The notes beneath the pieces were generated by a model, which was given only the letters and a program-made list of their open reading frames with translations, made no database searches and was not told where the DNA came from. This document shows positions 51,242-63,412 of a stretch of DNA of 64,000 bases, piece by piece. Source of the DNA: Nitrospinales bacterium. GTDB taxonomy: Bacteria > Nitrospinota > Nitrospinia > Nitrospinales > VA-1. The stretch spans positions 2,400,001 to 2,464,000 of the forward strand of contig CBDCWG010000012.1 in the NCBI GenBank assembly GCA_965223345.1. The letters are read 5' to 3'. Position numbers and translations under genes: made by a program. How positions within the stretch are numbered: the first letter of the stretch is position 1; each line of letters starts with the position of its first letter.

Positions 51242-52192
51242 ATGGCGGAAACGAGAAAGCTAGTCATCATCGGATCGGGGCCTGCAGGCCACACGGCGGC
51301 CATCTATGCGGCGAGGGCCAACCTTTCCCCTTTTATGTTCGAAGGCTATGTCGTGGGCGGTTCCGCCGGCGGCCAGCTGGTGACGACGACCGATGTGGAA
51401 AACTATCCCGGTTTTCCGGAAGGCGTCAGCGGTCCGGAACTGATGCAGCTTTTCCGCAAGCAGGCGGAGCGCTTCGGAACCGAGATGGTGATGGAGGATG
51501 TGAGCGAGGTCGATTTTAGTTCCCGGCCCTTCACCGTCAAATCCGACAACCGCGAGATCAAGGGGCATTCGGTCATCATCGCCACAGGCGCGACCGCGCG
51601 CCGGATGGGCGTTCCCAACGAGGAAGTGCTCTGGAACAACGGCATGTCCGCCTGTGCGGTGTGCGACGGCGCGCTGCCCATGTTCCGCAACCAGCCGCTC
51701 ATGGTGATCGGCGGCGGCGACACGGCGGTGGAGGAAGCGACGTTTCTCACCAAGTTCGGCTCCAAGGTCTACATGGTGCACCGGCGCGATGAGCTGCGCG
51801 CCTCCAAGATCATGCAGCAGCGCGCGTTCGACAACCCCAAGCTGGAGATCCTCTGGGACACGGTGCTGGAAGACGCGGTGGGCACCGAGTACGTCACCGG
51901 CGCGCGCCTGAAAAACGTCAAGAGCAACGAGCAGAAAGAGGTCGAGGTGGCGGGCATTTTCTACGCCATCGGGCACACGCCCAACACCCAGGTGTTCAAG
52001 GACCAGATCGAGCTTGAAGACACCGGCTACATCAAGATCAAGCCCGGCACCCAGGAAACCAGTGTGGAAGGGATCTACGCCGCCGGCGACGTCCACGACC
52101 ACAAATACCGCCAGGCGGTCACCGCCGCGGGCACCGGCTGCGCCGCGGCGCTGGAAAGCGAGCGCTGGCTGACCGAAAAAGGCCTGGCCTGA
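51242..52192 (+). CDS. trxB: Thioredoxin reductase
   Basis: GSGPAG, VENYPGF, SACAVCDG, HRRDELRAS, YRQAVTAAG.G. Confidence 0.95.
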   Translation: MAETRKLVIIGSGPAGHTAAIYAARANLSPFMFEGYVVGGSAGGQLVTTTDVENYPGFPEGVSGPELMQLFRKQAERFGTEMVMEDVSEVDFSSRPFTVKSDNREIKGHSVIIATGATARRMGVPNEEVLWNNGMSACAVCDGALPMFRNQPLMVIGGGDTAVEEATFLTKFGSKVYMVHRRDELRASKIMQQRAFDNPKLEILWDTVLEDAVGTEYVTGARLKNVKSNEQKEVEVAGIFYAIGHTPNTQVFKDQIELEDTGYIKIKPGTQETSVEGIYAAGDVHDHKYRQAVTAAGTGCAAALESERWLTEKGLA

Positions 52193-52295
52193 CCTGACCC
52201 TCCCCGTCGTTCACTCTCCCTTGAAAAACCGGCTCCTCTGCCGGGTGGTTTCGCCCGTTGCGGTTTGAAAAACCCGCTCTTCTTCAACGCACGGC

Positions 52296-52324
52296 TTGAC
52301 AACGGCCGCCGGCGATCCTATTTC
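52296..52324 (+). promoter_or_regulatory. Putative sigma-70 promoter of clpB
   Basis: TTGACA-17 nt-TATTTC; -10 box is weak. Confidence 0.4.
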
Positions 52325-52374
52325 CTCGACAGCGAACAAAAAATCAATCCTTTCATGAAAAGGAAGGGAGACCT

Positions 52375-55029
<2,655 letters not shown>

Positions 55030-55090
55030 GCGCCGATAAGAACCAACCCAACATTGAGCGCTGTTATTTCACGGGCTTAACGCGCTCCAC

Positions 55091-55121
55091 AGACGGGAGG
55101 GATGCCCCCTCCCTCCCGTCT
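55091..55121. terminator. Hairpin between convergent clpB and helicase genes
   Basis: AGACGGGAGGGA...TCCCTCCCGTCT 12-bp stem. Confidence 0.7.
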
Positions 55122-55155
55122 TTCCTTCCAAGTGATACCACCCACCTTTATCGAT

Positions 55156-58100
55156 TCAGGTTAATTCAACGAACGCAGTCTGCATGGGGTAATACAGCGC
55201 TTTCTTGATGGGGCGCGTTTCTCCCTGCAGCCGGATCAGTTCTTCGTACTGGTCCAATTGGGCCTGGTGGCGCTCCGGGTTTTCGGGAGACCCGGTCTTG
55301 AAATCGATGATCCAGCGCCGTTCCTCCTCGTCCACGAAGGTGCGGTCGATCTGAACGCTCACGAAACGCCCCTTGAGGAAGCCTGTGAGCGGGTATTCCG
55401 AATGGGCTTCGGTGTGAGGGGCCAGAATCCAGCGGCCTTTTTCATCGCGCAGGACATTGTGCAACGCCTGCGCCGCCTTTTGCACCGTCGGTTCGATCGC
55501 ATCGGGCGCCAGCCCTTCCGCCAGGAAGGCGGTGCGCAGTCTTCCGGCCCGGTTTTTCGCGTCATCTTCGCTCCAGGCCAGTTTACCCTGCGCCATTTTC
55601 TGCAGGCACCGATGCAGCACGTTGCCCAGGCAGCGCGCCTCGCTGCCCCGCCACACGAAACCGCTGTCCTCACCGGCTTTTTCCGAAATCTCGCTGACCT
55701 TGCCCACTTCGATCGCTGCATGCGGCTCGGGAAACGCGGCGGGGTTCGGCAGGCGGTGCAGCCGGTGCACTGCGGGAGCCGCGCGCTCGGTTTCATCGTC
55801 GGCGTCGGCGACCGCTTCTTCGCGCCGCAGCAGGATGGAGATCCAGTCCTCGCCGATGTGCGGCCAGAGCCGGGACAGCAGGGAATGCTTCTGCGGTTTC
55901 CAGGTGTGCGCGTCGGGCTCGCCTTTTCCCTGAACGTGGCCGAACAGGTGCAGCTGTTTTTTGGCCCGGGTGGCGGCGACGTAGAGCAGGCGCAGGGTTT
56001 CGAATTCGTTTTTCTTCTCATCCAGCCGGGCGAGGAAGTCGTAAATCTCGCAGCCGGGGTCTCCCTTCTCCTCCATCGGGGCGAGCAGCAGTTCGTCGCC
56101 GTGCGGAATCCAGAACACCAGCCGCTTGCTTTTGGCGGGCGGCCGGTGATCCAGACCCGGCAGCAGGATGTGGTCGTATTCGAGGCCCTTGGCCTTGTGC
56201 ATGGTCATGATCTGCACCGGATTGTCCTGCGCGGAGACGGGGCTGGCGAACAGGTTCTGCAGCACCTGGCCGAACTGCGCGAGCTGCGCCGGGCCGCCGT
56301 TTTCCAGCGCCTGCGACACTTCGTCGAAAAACACGTCCACGTCCGGCTCGGTGCGCGCATCGATGCAGGCGGGGCCGCCGAGCGCGATCCAGACGCCTTC
56401 CAGCAGGTCGCGGAAATCCGCCGAGGGCAGGGCTTTGAGCGCCGGTTCCAGCGCAGCGCGGAATCGGTCAACGCGCTGTTGCCCATCCGGGCTCAAGCGT
56501 TGCAGGCGCTCCGCATCGTTGAGAAGCCGCCAGACCGTTTCGTTCTTTTTGTTTTCACACAGGCTCAAAAGATCGGCGAGGGTCAGGCCGCACCAGGGCG
56601 CGCGCAGGATCGAAAGCCAGGCCGCGCGGTCGGTGGGGGAGAGCAACGCGCGCAGCAGGGCGAGCAGATCCTGAATCTCGGGGCGGGCGGTCAGAGGATC
56701 GATCTCTTCCGCGTTGAACGCAATCCCCGCTTCGTGGAACCGGCGCACGGCAGCGGTCAGGTGACTGCGCGCCCGCACCAGAATGGCGATGGATTGGGTG
56801 GGGTCGGCCTCGCGGATTTTGTGTATCAGATCCACCATTCGTTGCGCTTCGTCCCGGGCGCGGGCGTCTTTGTCCTGGTTCGGCGTCAACGGGTGCAGGA
56901 CGGCTCCCGGCATGGACTCCTGCGGCAATGCGGCCTGGCACGGCGCGTAGGAGATGGCACCGAGATCGGGATCGTCGCTGTTGGGGAAGATCTCCCCGAA
57001 GCAGGCGTTGACCCAATCGACGACTTTTTCCTGCGAGCGGAAATTGGTCTTCAGCGTCAGGTTTTCCAGTTCGAGAACGCCGAGGTTCTCATCACGGGTC
57101 CTGAGAAACAGCCCGACCTCCGCGTCGCGGAAGCGGTAGATCGACTGCATGGGATCGCCGACGATGAACAGGGTGCGCCCGTCGCCGCGTTCCCAGCCTG
57201 CGGTCAGCAGTTGCAACAGGCCGCGCTGCTTGTAGGAGGTGTCCTGATACTCGTCCACCAGAATGTGCTGGATGCGGGTGTCCAGGTAGAGCAGCAGGTC
57301 GGTGGGGCCGTCCTCCTCACCCAGCGCGTCGAGAGCGGAAAGCGCGATCTCGCTGAAGTCGGTCATGCCTCGTTCGATGAATACCTGACGCAGGGCGCTC
57401 TGAAGCTCAGGCAGCAGGTAGAGGGTGGCTTTGAGCACATTCCACTCCTCATCGGAGAAGCGGGGATCGGGCAGTTTCTGCACCTCCTGCAGCATGTCGA
57501 GAAGCAGGGGGGCGTCGGAAAATGCTTCCAGCAGATCCAGAAAACGTTGTTTCATCTTTCCCGCATCGGAGTTTGCCGGTCCCGCCGGAAAGCCGTTTGT
57601 GACCGTGACCGTTTTGCGAAACTTCCCGTCTTTGGTGAGCAGGAGATTTGCCAGCGCCCGCCAGTGGGCAAGCTGGGAAACGTCCGCCTCAGGCAGTACG
57701 GCGAGGCCGTTCAACACGGACAACGGGTCTTCGGTGTTTGCCACAGCGCGGTTTTCTCCACTGTATGCGGCGAGCTCGGCCAGTTCGCGCGCAGCGTGTT
57801 CGGAAAACAGCGAGCGGGTGTCGGCGAGCACGTTTTCGATGACGCCGGTGAGCACACGCTCCTGCTGGCCGCGATCGACCTGAAACAGAACATTCTGGTC
57901 GAAAAAGTGTGTGATCCACTGGTCGCGTTTTTCCAGCAGCTCGACGATGCGTTTGTGAAAACCGGACTTGGAGTTGTCGAGGTGCCGAAAAAGGGTGCGG
58001 ATGAACTCTCCGGCGGGGGTGTCCTCCTCGATGCGTTGCTGCACGCGCCACGCGGCTTCCCGGTACAGATCGCCGGGTTTTTCCTGGATGGCGAGCGGGC

Positions 58101-58512
58101 CGCCGGTGCGCGAGAGCAGGGGCATCTGCCGGACGAGCGCAGCGCAGAACGAATCGATGGTCTGGATTTTGAGACGCGCCGGATTTTCCAGCAGCGACCA
58201 GCCCTGTGCGGCGTCGTGTTCGAGGACGGCGCGGGCGAGCTGCCAGGTCTTGAGATCGTGCGGGGACTCGGGCGGGGTTTCATCCTGCGCGCGTTCAAGC
58301 GCCTCGAGCAGGCGGGCTTTCATTTCGCCTGCGGCTTTGCGGGTGAACGTCATGGCGAGGATCTGCTCGGGCGAATCCACGAGCGCGAGCAGGCGCAGGT
58401 GCCGCTGGATCAAAAGCCCGGTTTTGCCGGAACCGGCGGGCGCCTGCACGATGAACGAACGCGCTGGATCGAGGGCGGTCTGCCTTTCCGCGGCGTCGGC
58501 GATGGCGCTCAT
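55156..58512 (-). CDS. UvrD/AddA-like helicase-nuclease
   Basis: APAGSGKT, TFTRKAA, DEYQDT, GDPMQSIYRFR, HKAKGLE, YVA.TRA, IDFKTG; start reassigned to ATG 58512. Confidence 0.92.
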   Translation of the reverse strand: MSAIADAAERQTALDPARSFIVQAPAGSGKTGLLIQRHLRLLALVDSPEQILAMTFTRKAAGEMKARLLEALERAQDETPPESPHDLKTWQLARAVLEHDAAQGWSLLENPARLKIQTIDSFCAALVRQMPLLSRTGGPLAIQEKPGDLYREAAWRVQQRIEEDTPAGEFIRTLFRHLDNSKSGFHKRIVELLEKRDQWITHFFDQNVLFQVDRGQQERVLTGVIENVLADTRSLFSEHAARELAELAAYSGENRAVANTEDPLSVLNGLAVLPEADVSQLAHWRALANLLLTKDGKFRKTVTVTNGFPAGPANSDAGKMKQRFLDLLEAFSDAPLLLDMLQEVQKLPDPRFSDEEWNVLKATLYLLPELQSALRQVFIERGMTDFSEIALSALDALGEEDGPTDLLLYLDTRIQHILVDEYQDTSYKQRGLLQLLTAGWERGDGRTLFIVGDPMQSIYRFRDAEVGLFLRTRDENLGVLELENLTLKTNFRSQEKVVDWVNACFGEIFPNSDDPDLGAISYAPCQAALPQESMPGAVLHPLTPNQDKDARARDEAQRMVDLIHKIREADPTQSIAILVRARSHLTAAVRRFHEAGIAFNAEEIDPLTARPEIQDLLALLRALLSPTDRAAWLSILRAPWCGLTLADLLSLCENKKNETVWRLLNDAERLQRLSPDGQQRVDRFRAALEPALKALPSADFRDLLEGVWIALGGPACIDARTEPDVDVFFDEVSQALENGGPAQLAQFGQVLQNLFASPVSAQDNPVQIMTMHKAKGLEYDHILLPGLDHRPPAKSKRLVFWIPHGDELLLAPMEEKGDPGCEIYDFLARLDEKKNEFETLRLLYVAATRAKKQLHLFGHVQGKGEPDAHTWKPQKHSLLSRLWPHIGEDWISILLRREEAVADADDETERAAPAVHRLHRLPNPAAFPEPHAAIEVGKVSEISEKAGEDSGFVWRGSEARCLGNVLHRCLQKMAQGKLAWSEDDAKNRAGRLRTAFLAEGLAPDAIEPTVQKAAQALHNVLRDEKGRWILAPHTEAHSEYPLTGFLKGRFVSVQIDRTFVDEEERRWIIDFKTGSPENPERHQAQLDQYEELIRLQGETRPIKKALYYPMQTAFVELT

Positions 58513-61250
58513 GCGTCTTCCTCGTCCGTGAGCAGTGCGGTTTCGCGCACGCGGCACAGGGTTTCCAGGCCGCAGTGCTTGCAGGTGGTTGCTTTCTGAA
58601 ACGGGTCCACTTCGGTGTGCCCCGAGACAAAGCGTTCGGCCGTCTGTGTGAGCACGCTCTGCCAATGCTGCAAGCGTTCCTCCCAGGTTTCGGCGCAGTT
58701 GTAACGATTGGGTTTGATGGCACCCAGTTCCGGAAACGGCGCGTCGGGATGCAGGTCGGATTGAAACTCCGGTTTGCCTTTGCGGACCTTGGCGAATGCG
58801 ATCCCTTCGGGCGGCGGCGTCAGCAATGCGTACAGCGGCAGTTGCGGCTCCTGCGGCCGGTCGCCGAACCAGCCCGCCGGTTTGGCGTCGCCGGTCTTGT
58901 AGTCGATCAGCAGCGTGTGGCCGTTGTGCAGGCGGTCGATGCGGTCGATGCGCAGCTTGAGCCGGATGCCGGCAAGGGTGAAATCGCGCGCCTCTTCCTG
59001 GGCGATCACGGCGAAGTCCTCGCGTTTGCGTTCCTTCTCCAGCCACTCTGAAAGCAGTTGGATGAGCCGCTCGGTTTCAAGATCGCGGAACCGCTCCTGC
59101 CGGTTGAGGCGGAACGATTGTTCGGCCAGAACCTGCTGCGCCGCCTGCCGCAGGGCTGCTTCCAGGCTGTTTTCGGTGAAGAGCTTTTGCAGGCCCGCCC
59201 GGTTTTGCGTTTCACGCCAGAATATCTCCAGCACGTCGTGCACCAGGCTGCCGCGCTCCCGGTGGTCGTAATCGAGTTCGGGAAATTCCTCCGGGTCCGC
59301 ATGCAGGCGGTGGCGGGCGAAGGCGCGAAACGGGCATTGCGCCTGATCGCGGATCACGCTCTGTCCGCCGCCGGGACCGGGGTCGAGGAAGCGTTGTCTT
59401 TCCGCATCGGTGGCCGGCAGGATCGCGGGTTCCTCGAACGTTTCGAGCGACAGTGCAGCGGAAACCTGATCGCGGATGCGGTGCGAGTCGGTCAGCGGCG
59501 CGGGCGGTTCGTCTCCACACAGAGGTTGCAAAAGCGGGCTCATCCGCTGCTGCGCGTCACCCTCCCACGCGGGGTGGCTGAACACGATGCGATCGGACGA
59601 AGCGATCAGCCGGGCCAGGGATTGGTGGGCGAATTCCAGTTCGCGCTCGACGGTGGCGCGCGGCAGATTGTGTTGTCTGCGCCAGCGCGCGGGCAGAAAG
59701 GTGTTGGGATCGGGCGAGGCGGGCAGCGCGTCGGCGTGGCAGCCGGGAACCCAGAGGGCGTCGAAAGCCATGCCGGCGGATTCCAGCAGTCCGACCACCT
59801 GAATCGGCTGTTCGCGGGTCTTCTCCTGAAAGGGGTGGGCTTCGCACAGGCCGCTCAGCATCGCCGCCGCCTGCGGCCGGGAGACCGCGCCGGTGATGGC
59901 GTCGAGCGAAGCGAAGCTGTCCAGTTGCTCTTTCCACGCGTCGTGCACCTGATACTCGCGGCTGGAGAGCCCTTCTCCCGGCCAGCCCAGCGTGTCGAGA
60001 AGCAGCGAAAACGATTGCGCCCACTGACTCGGCGTTTTCTTGCCCACATGGCGGATGCACTCTTTCCACTTTGAAATGAAGGTCTTGACCCTGGAATTTG
60101 CTTTAAGGAATTTCTCCAGCGCGGGGAGGGCGTGCAATTCGTCCAGATAGATAGTGGCAATATTATCTTTCGATAGTTTCAATATGAGGCGGTGGACCGC
60201 ATCCCGCTCGCGTCGGCCGGGATGGAACCAGGGGCTTTTGAGCACGGCTGTGAAGGCGGCGAAGGGCAGGGAGAGGGCGTTGTTTTTCGCGGTGGAAAGG
60301 ACGCTGAGCGCGATGCCGACCATCGATTCGTCCGTGAGCGGCGTTCCCAGCGACAGGTTGAACGGCGATTCCCTCTCGACCCAGGGATAGATCGATTCGG
60401 GAGCCAGCTCGGCTTTCAGCTCGCGCAGCAGGAGCTGCCGGTAGCCGCTGAGGTCGGGCACGACGATGCCCACTCTTTTGCCGGGGCGGTACTGCGCGCG
60501 GACCCAGCGGGCGCACTGCACCGCTTCCTCCCTGCGGTCGGTGCAGGGGCGCACTTCGACCGGTTTGCCGCCAGCCACAGCGGCGAGGCCGGGAGTGTCC
60601 TGCTGCGGGATTTCGGGCTCGAACGCAACGGCGACGCTTTTTCCTTTGAGAAATTCGATCCAGGCCGCAAGCTGCGGCGTCACGGATTCGAAGCCGGCGA
60701 GAATGATCCGCTTGGGCAGGGGCAGGGCGCCCCGCTGCATGGCCTGATGGACCTCGTCGAGGACGTCCGCCGCATCGAGGGCGTTCCATTCCTGCAGACG
60801 GTTCTCGTAGCGGCGCATCCAGCCGTAAAAGGCGCGCGTCTCTTCGGTGGCCTCAAATGCCTGCCGGTTTGCGGGCAGGCGGTGTTCACGGATCAGCGCG
60901 TACGCCTTGGCCGCCTGTTCGGCCGCCGCCCGTAAGTGCAGCAGGCCGAGGTCGCGGGTGCGCAGGTCGTCGGTGACGATCTGTTCCCACAGTTTGCGCG
61001 CTTGCAGTTCGCTTAAGATGTATTTAGCGGGCCAGGATTCGATCCAGACTTTTTTGAGCCAGGCGGAAAGCGGCAGGATTTCCGGCGTCGGCCAGACGAG
61101 TCGGCCGCCGGTGCTTTTCTGTATTTCATTGTGTTGCAGCAACAGCCAGCGGGCGAGGCGGGCGTTGACCGTGAGGATCACGGTTGGTTGTGTGTGTGGT
61201 TCAGATTGTGGGTTGTCGATGGTCGATTCTTTAGGCAAGGGATGGGACAC
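58509..61250 (-). CDS. AddB-like DNA repair protein with PD-(D/E)xK nuclease and Fe-S cysteines
   Basis: QCPFRAFA, RIDRID, IDYKTG, PQLPLY, C..C....CR. Confidence 0.88.
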   Translation of the reverse strand: MSHPLPKESTIDNPQSEPHTQPTVILTVNARLARWLLLQHNEIQKSTGGRLVWPTPEILPLSAWLKKVWIESWPAKYILSELQARKLWEQIVTDDLRTRDLGLLHLRAAAEQAAKAYALIREHRLPANRQAFEATEETRAFYGWMRRYENRLQEWNALDAADVLDEVHQAMQRGALPLPKRIILAGFESVTPQLAAWIEFLKGKSVAVAFEPEIPQQDTPGLAAVAGGKPVEVRPCTDRREEAVQCARWVRAQYRPGKRVGIVVPDLSGYRQLLLRELKAELAPESIYPWVERESPFNLSLGTPLTDESMVGIALSVLSTAKNNALSLPFAAFTAVLKSPWFHPGRRERDAVHRLILKLSKDNIATIYLDELHALPALEKFLKANSRVKTFISKWKECIRHVGKKTPSQWAQSFSLLLDTLGWPGEGLSSREYQVHDAWKEQLDSFASLDAITGAVSRPQAAAMLSGLCEAHPFQEKTREQPIQVVGLLESAGMAFDALWVPGCHADALPASPDPNTFLPARWRRQHNLPRATVERELEFAHQSLARLIASSDRIVFSHPAWEGDAQQRMSPLLQPLCGDEPPAPLTDSHRIRDQVSAALSLETFEEPAILPATDAERQRFLDPGPGGGQSVIRDQAQCPFRAFARHRLHADPEEFPELDYDHRERGSLVHDVLEIFWRETQNRAGLQKLFTENSLEAALRQAAQQVLAEQSFRLNRQERFRDLETERLIQLLSEWLEKERKREDFAVIAQEEARDFTLAGIRLKLRIDRIDRLHNGHTLLIDYKTGDAKPAGWFGDRPQEPQLPLYALLTPPPEGIAFAKVRKGKPEFQSDLHPDAPFPELGAIKPNRYNCAETWEERLQHWQSVLTQTAERFVSGHTEVDPFQKATTCKHCGLETLCRVRETALLTDEEDA

Positions 61251-61279
61251 CGCGGATGACTGCGGATGATTTTTCGTTT

Positions 61280-61356
61280 CACCCTTCGACTGAGCTTGTC
61301 CTGAGCTTGCCGAAGGACTCAGGGTGACAAGAGTGTCGTGCTGAGCCGGTCGAAGC
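61280..61356. repeat. REP-like nested palindromic element
   Basis: CACCCTTCGACTGAGCTTGTCCTGAGCTTGCCGAAGGACTCAGGGTG...GCTGAGCCGGTCGAAGC. Confidence 0.65.
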
Positions 61357-61394
61357 GCGGTTCACGCTGCATCCTTGCAGCCACCGGCGTGCTG

Positions 61395-61832
61395 TCAGGG
61401 TGTCGCCTGCACCCACACCTCGCCTTTGGAGGTGGTCTCGCGTTTCCAGATGGGGGTGGTGCGTTTGAGTTCCGCGATGGCCCATTCGCAGGCCTTGAAG
61501 GTTTCGGCCCGGTGCTCGCCGGCGGCGACGATGAGCACGATGTTCTCACCGATGTCGATCTCGCCGATGCGGTGGATGATGCTCATGTCGATGATCTTGA
61601 AATCGCGGATGGCTTTTTCGCGCAGCTCTTCGAGTTTCTTTTCGGCCATCTTGGGATAGTGCTCGAAGTTGAGCTTGCTGATGTTCTCGCCTTTGTTGAG
61701 TTCGCGGCCGGTGCCGAGAAAGGTGGTGATGCCGCCGATGTTGCGGGAGCTTTTCTTGATGGCCTCGATTTCGTCGGTGACGACGAAATCCTCCCGCTGG
61801 ATGCGGACTTTGGATTCCATGACGGTGCTCAT
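61395..61832 (-). CDS. moaE: Molybdopterin synthase catalytic subunit
   Basis: HY..MA, HRIG...GE, HR...F, K...PIWK.E. Confidence 0.93.
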   Translation of the reverse strand: MSTVMESKVRIQREDFVVTDEIEAIKKSSRNIGGITTFLGTGRELNKGENISKLNFEHYPKMAEKKLEELREKAIRDFKIIDMSIIHRIGEIDIGENIVLIVAAGEHRAETFKACEWAIAELKRTTPIWKRETTSKGEVWVQATP

Positions 61833-61850
61833 GTTCTGTTCCCTTCTATC

Positions 61851-62102
61851 TCAAGAGCCGCCGGAAAAGGGCGGCAGGAATGCGACTTCATCGCCGTCGT
61901 GGATGACGGTGTCCAGTGCGGCCACATCCTGATTGACGGATACCATTATCTTTTTCCCCTGGATCATCTCGCCGATCTGGGGATTGTCTTTCGACAGGAC
62001 TTCGCTCAGCTTCTGCACGGTGGTCTGCCCGCCGAGGTCGAGGTGTTCCTCTTCCTTGCCGGCGATGCTTCTCAGGCTGGCGAAATATTTCAGGGTGATC
62101 AT
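61851..62102 (-). CDS. moaD: Molybdopterin synthase sulfur carrier
   Basis: YFA.LR, VN, DGDEVAFLPP.SGG (plus a terminal Ser). Confidence 0.9.
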   Translation of the reverse strand: MITLKYFASLRSIAGKEEEHLDLGGQTTVQKLSEVLSKDNPQIGEMIQGKKIMVSVNQDVAALDTVIHDGDEVAFLPPFSGGS

Positions 62103-62105
62103 GAC

Positions 62106-62609
62106 TCAGTCCGGGTTGCGGGTGAACGTTCCGGATTTGCCGCCGGATTTGTGCACCAGTCTGATATTGTTGAACACCATTCCCTTGTCCACCGCCTTGC
62201 ACATGTCGTAGAGGGTGAGGGCGGCGTGCGACACGGCGGTGAGCGCTTCCATCTCGACGCCCGTCTTGCCGTTGAGCTTGACCGTCGCGGTGATGGTGAT
62301 GGAACAGAGCCCGGTTTCCTTATCGGGGTCCATGTTGTCGGCAAAGCTGATGTCCACGTGGGTCAGGGCCAAGGGGTGGCACATCGGGATCAGGTCGGCC
62401 GTTTTCTTGGCCCCCATGATGCCCGCCACCTGCGCCACGGCGAGCACGTCGCCTTTTTTGATCTGCCCCTCCTTGATGAGCCAGAGGGTCTCGGGCTGCA
62501 TGTGCACGGTGCCCTCGGCGACGGCGGTGCGTTCGGTGACGTCCTTGCCGCCGACGTCCACCATGCGGGCGCGGCCTTCCTCGTTGAAATGGGTCAGCGG
62601 ATTGCTCAT
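62106..62609 (-). CDS. moaC: Cyclic pyranopterin monophosphate synthase
   Basis: LTH...[26 protein letters not shown]. Confidence 0.95.
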   Translation of the reverse strand: MSNPLTHFNEEGRARMVDVGGKDVTERTAVAEGTVHMQPETLWLIKEGQIKKGDVLAVAQVAGIMGAKKTADLIPMCHPLALTHVDISFADNMDPDKETGLCSITITATVKLNGKTGVEMEALTAVSHAALTLYDMCKAVDKGMVFNNIRLVHKSGGKSGTFTRNPD

Positions 62610-62716
62610 GGCACTATAATACATCAGTTTCGGGGTTGTGCGTCAAGCCTTCCGCCCTGTGGGGCGGGAAAGCGGCGCGAGGGGGCGTTTTTTCCGCTTT
62701 TTGCACGCCGGAACGC

Positions 62717-63079
62717 TCAATTTCGACGCTCGGGCGGCTCGTACAGACCCACATGATTGCCGTCGGGATCGCGGAAACCGGACAGCTTGCCGAAGGGGTG
62801 CGCCTCGATGGGGTCGAAATCCTTGACTCCCTTTTGTTTCAATGTTTCAATCACTTGCTCGATGGGCCGGGCCAGCAGCGACAGAAACGGCGGCTCGCCC
62901 GATGCGGTTGGCTGCCGGGCCTCCACCTTGTGCAGGGCGAAGCGCTGGCCGCCGAGGTCGAACTCGGACCAGTCCTCGCGCACAAACAGCGGCGTGCAGT
63001 CCAGCACGTTCTGGTAGAATTCCACGGCCCGGGCCATATTCGTCACCGGATAGGAGATGTAGGCGATTTTTGCGCTCAT
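62717..63079 (-). CDS. VOC/glyoxalase family protein
   Basis: V.....A..FY..VL, DPDGN; start reassigned to ATG 63079. Confidence 0.85.
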   Translation of the reverse strand: MSAKIAYISYPVTNMARAVEFYQNVLDCTPLFVREDWSEFDLGGQRFALHKVEARQPTASGEPPFLSLLARPIEQVIETLKQKGVKDFDPIEAHPFGKLSGFRDPDGNHVGLYEPPERRN

Positions 63080-63152
63080 GCTTGCATTCTGCGATTTCGG
63101 AAAGGAGATGGCCCGCAAACCGGGCAGGCCGAGTGTAGCATAGTAAATACAA

Positions 63153-63361
63153 CGGGACAGGATGAACAGGATAAAGACAGCGGAACTGTTCTGAGGCAAG
63201 GCAAAAGCCCAAACCGGATTCACCGCAAAGACGCAAAGAACGCAAAGGAAACCGGAAAGGAAAGGGTTGATGATCCCTCGTGCAATCTCCAATGTATTAT
63301 GAACTGGTATCGAGCTATGCTCGACGGAGCTGCCTTTTTATCTAATCCTGTCCATCCCGTC
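63153..63361. repeat. Intergenic simple-sequence/REP-like elements
   Basis: GACAGGATGAACAGGAT roughly complementary to ATCCTGTCCATCCCGTC; CGCAAAGA-type 9-mer three times near 63224-63248. Confidence 0.55.
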
Positions 63362-63412
63362 AGCTATTTTTTCAACGCTTCCCCTTTTCCTCTGTAATAC
63401 GCGGAGTCTTTT

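Noticed and set aside
58513..59046. N-terminal extension of the helicase ORF in the ORF track (similarly 24000-24317, 46246-46317, 63080-63292)
   Set aside because: Overlaps the neighbouring gene or promoter; homology begins at downstream starts
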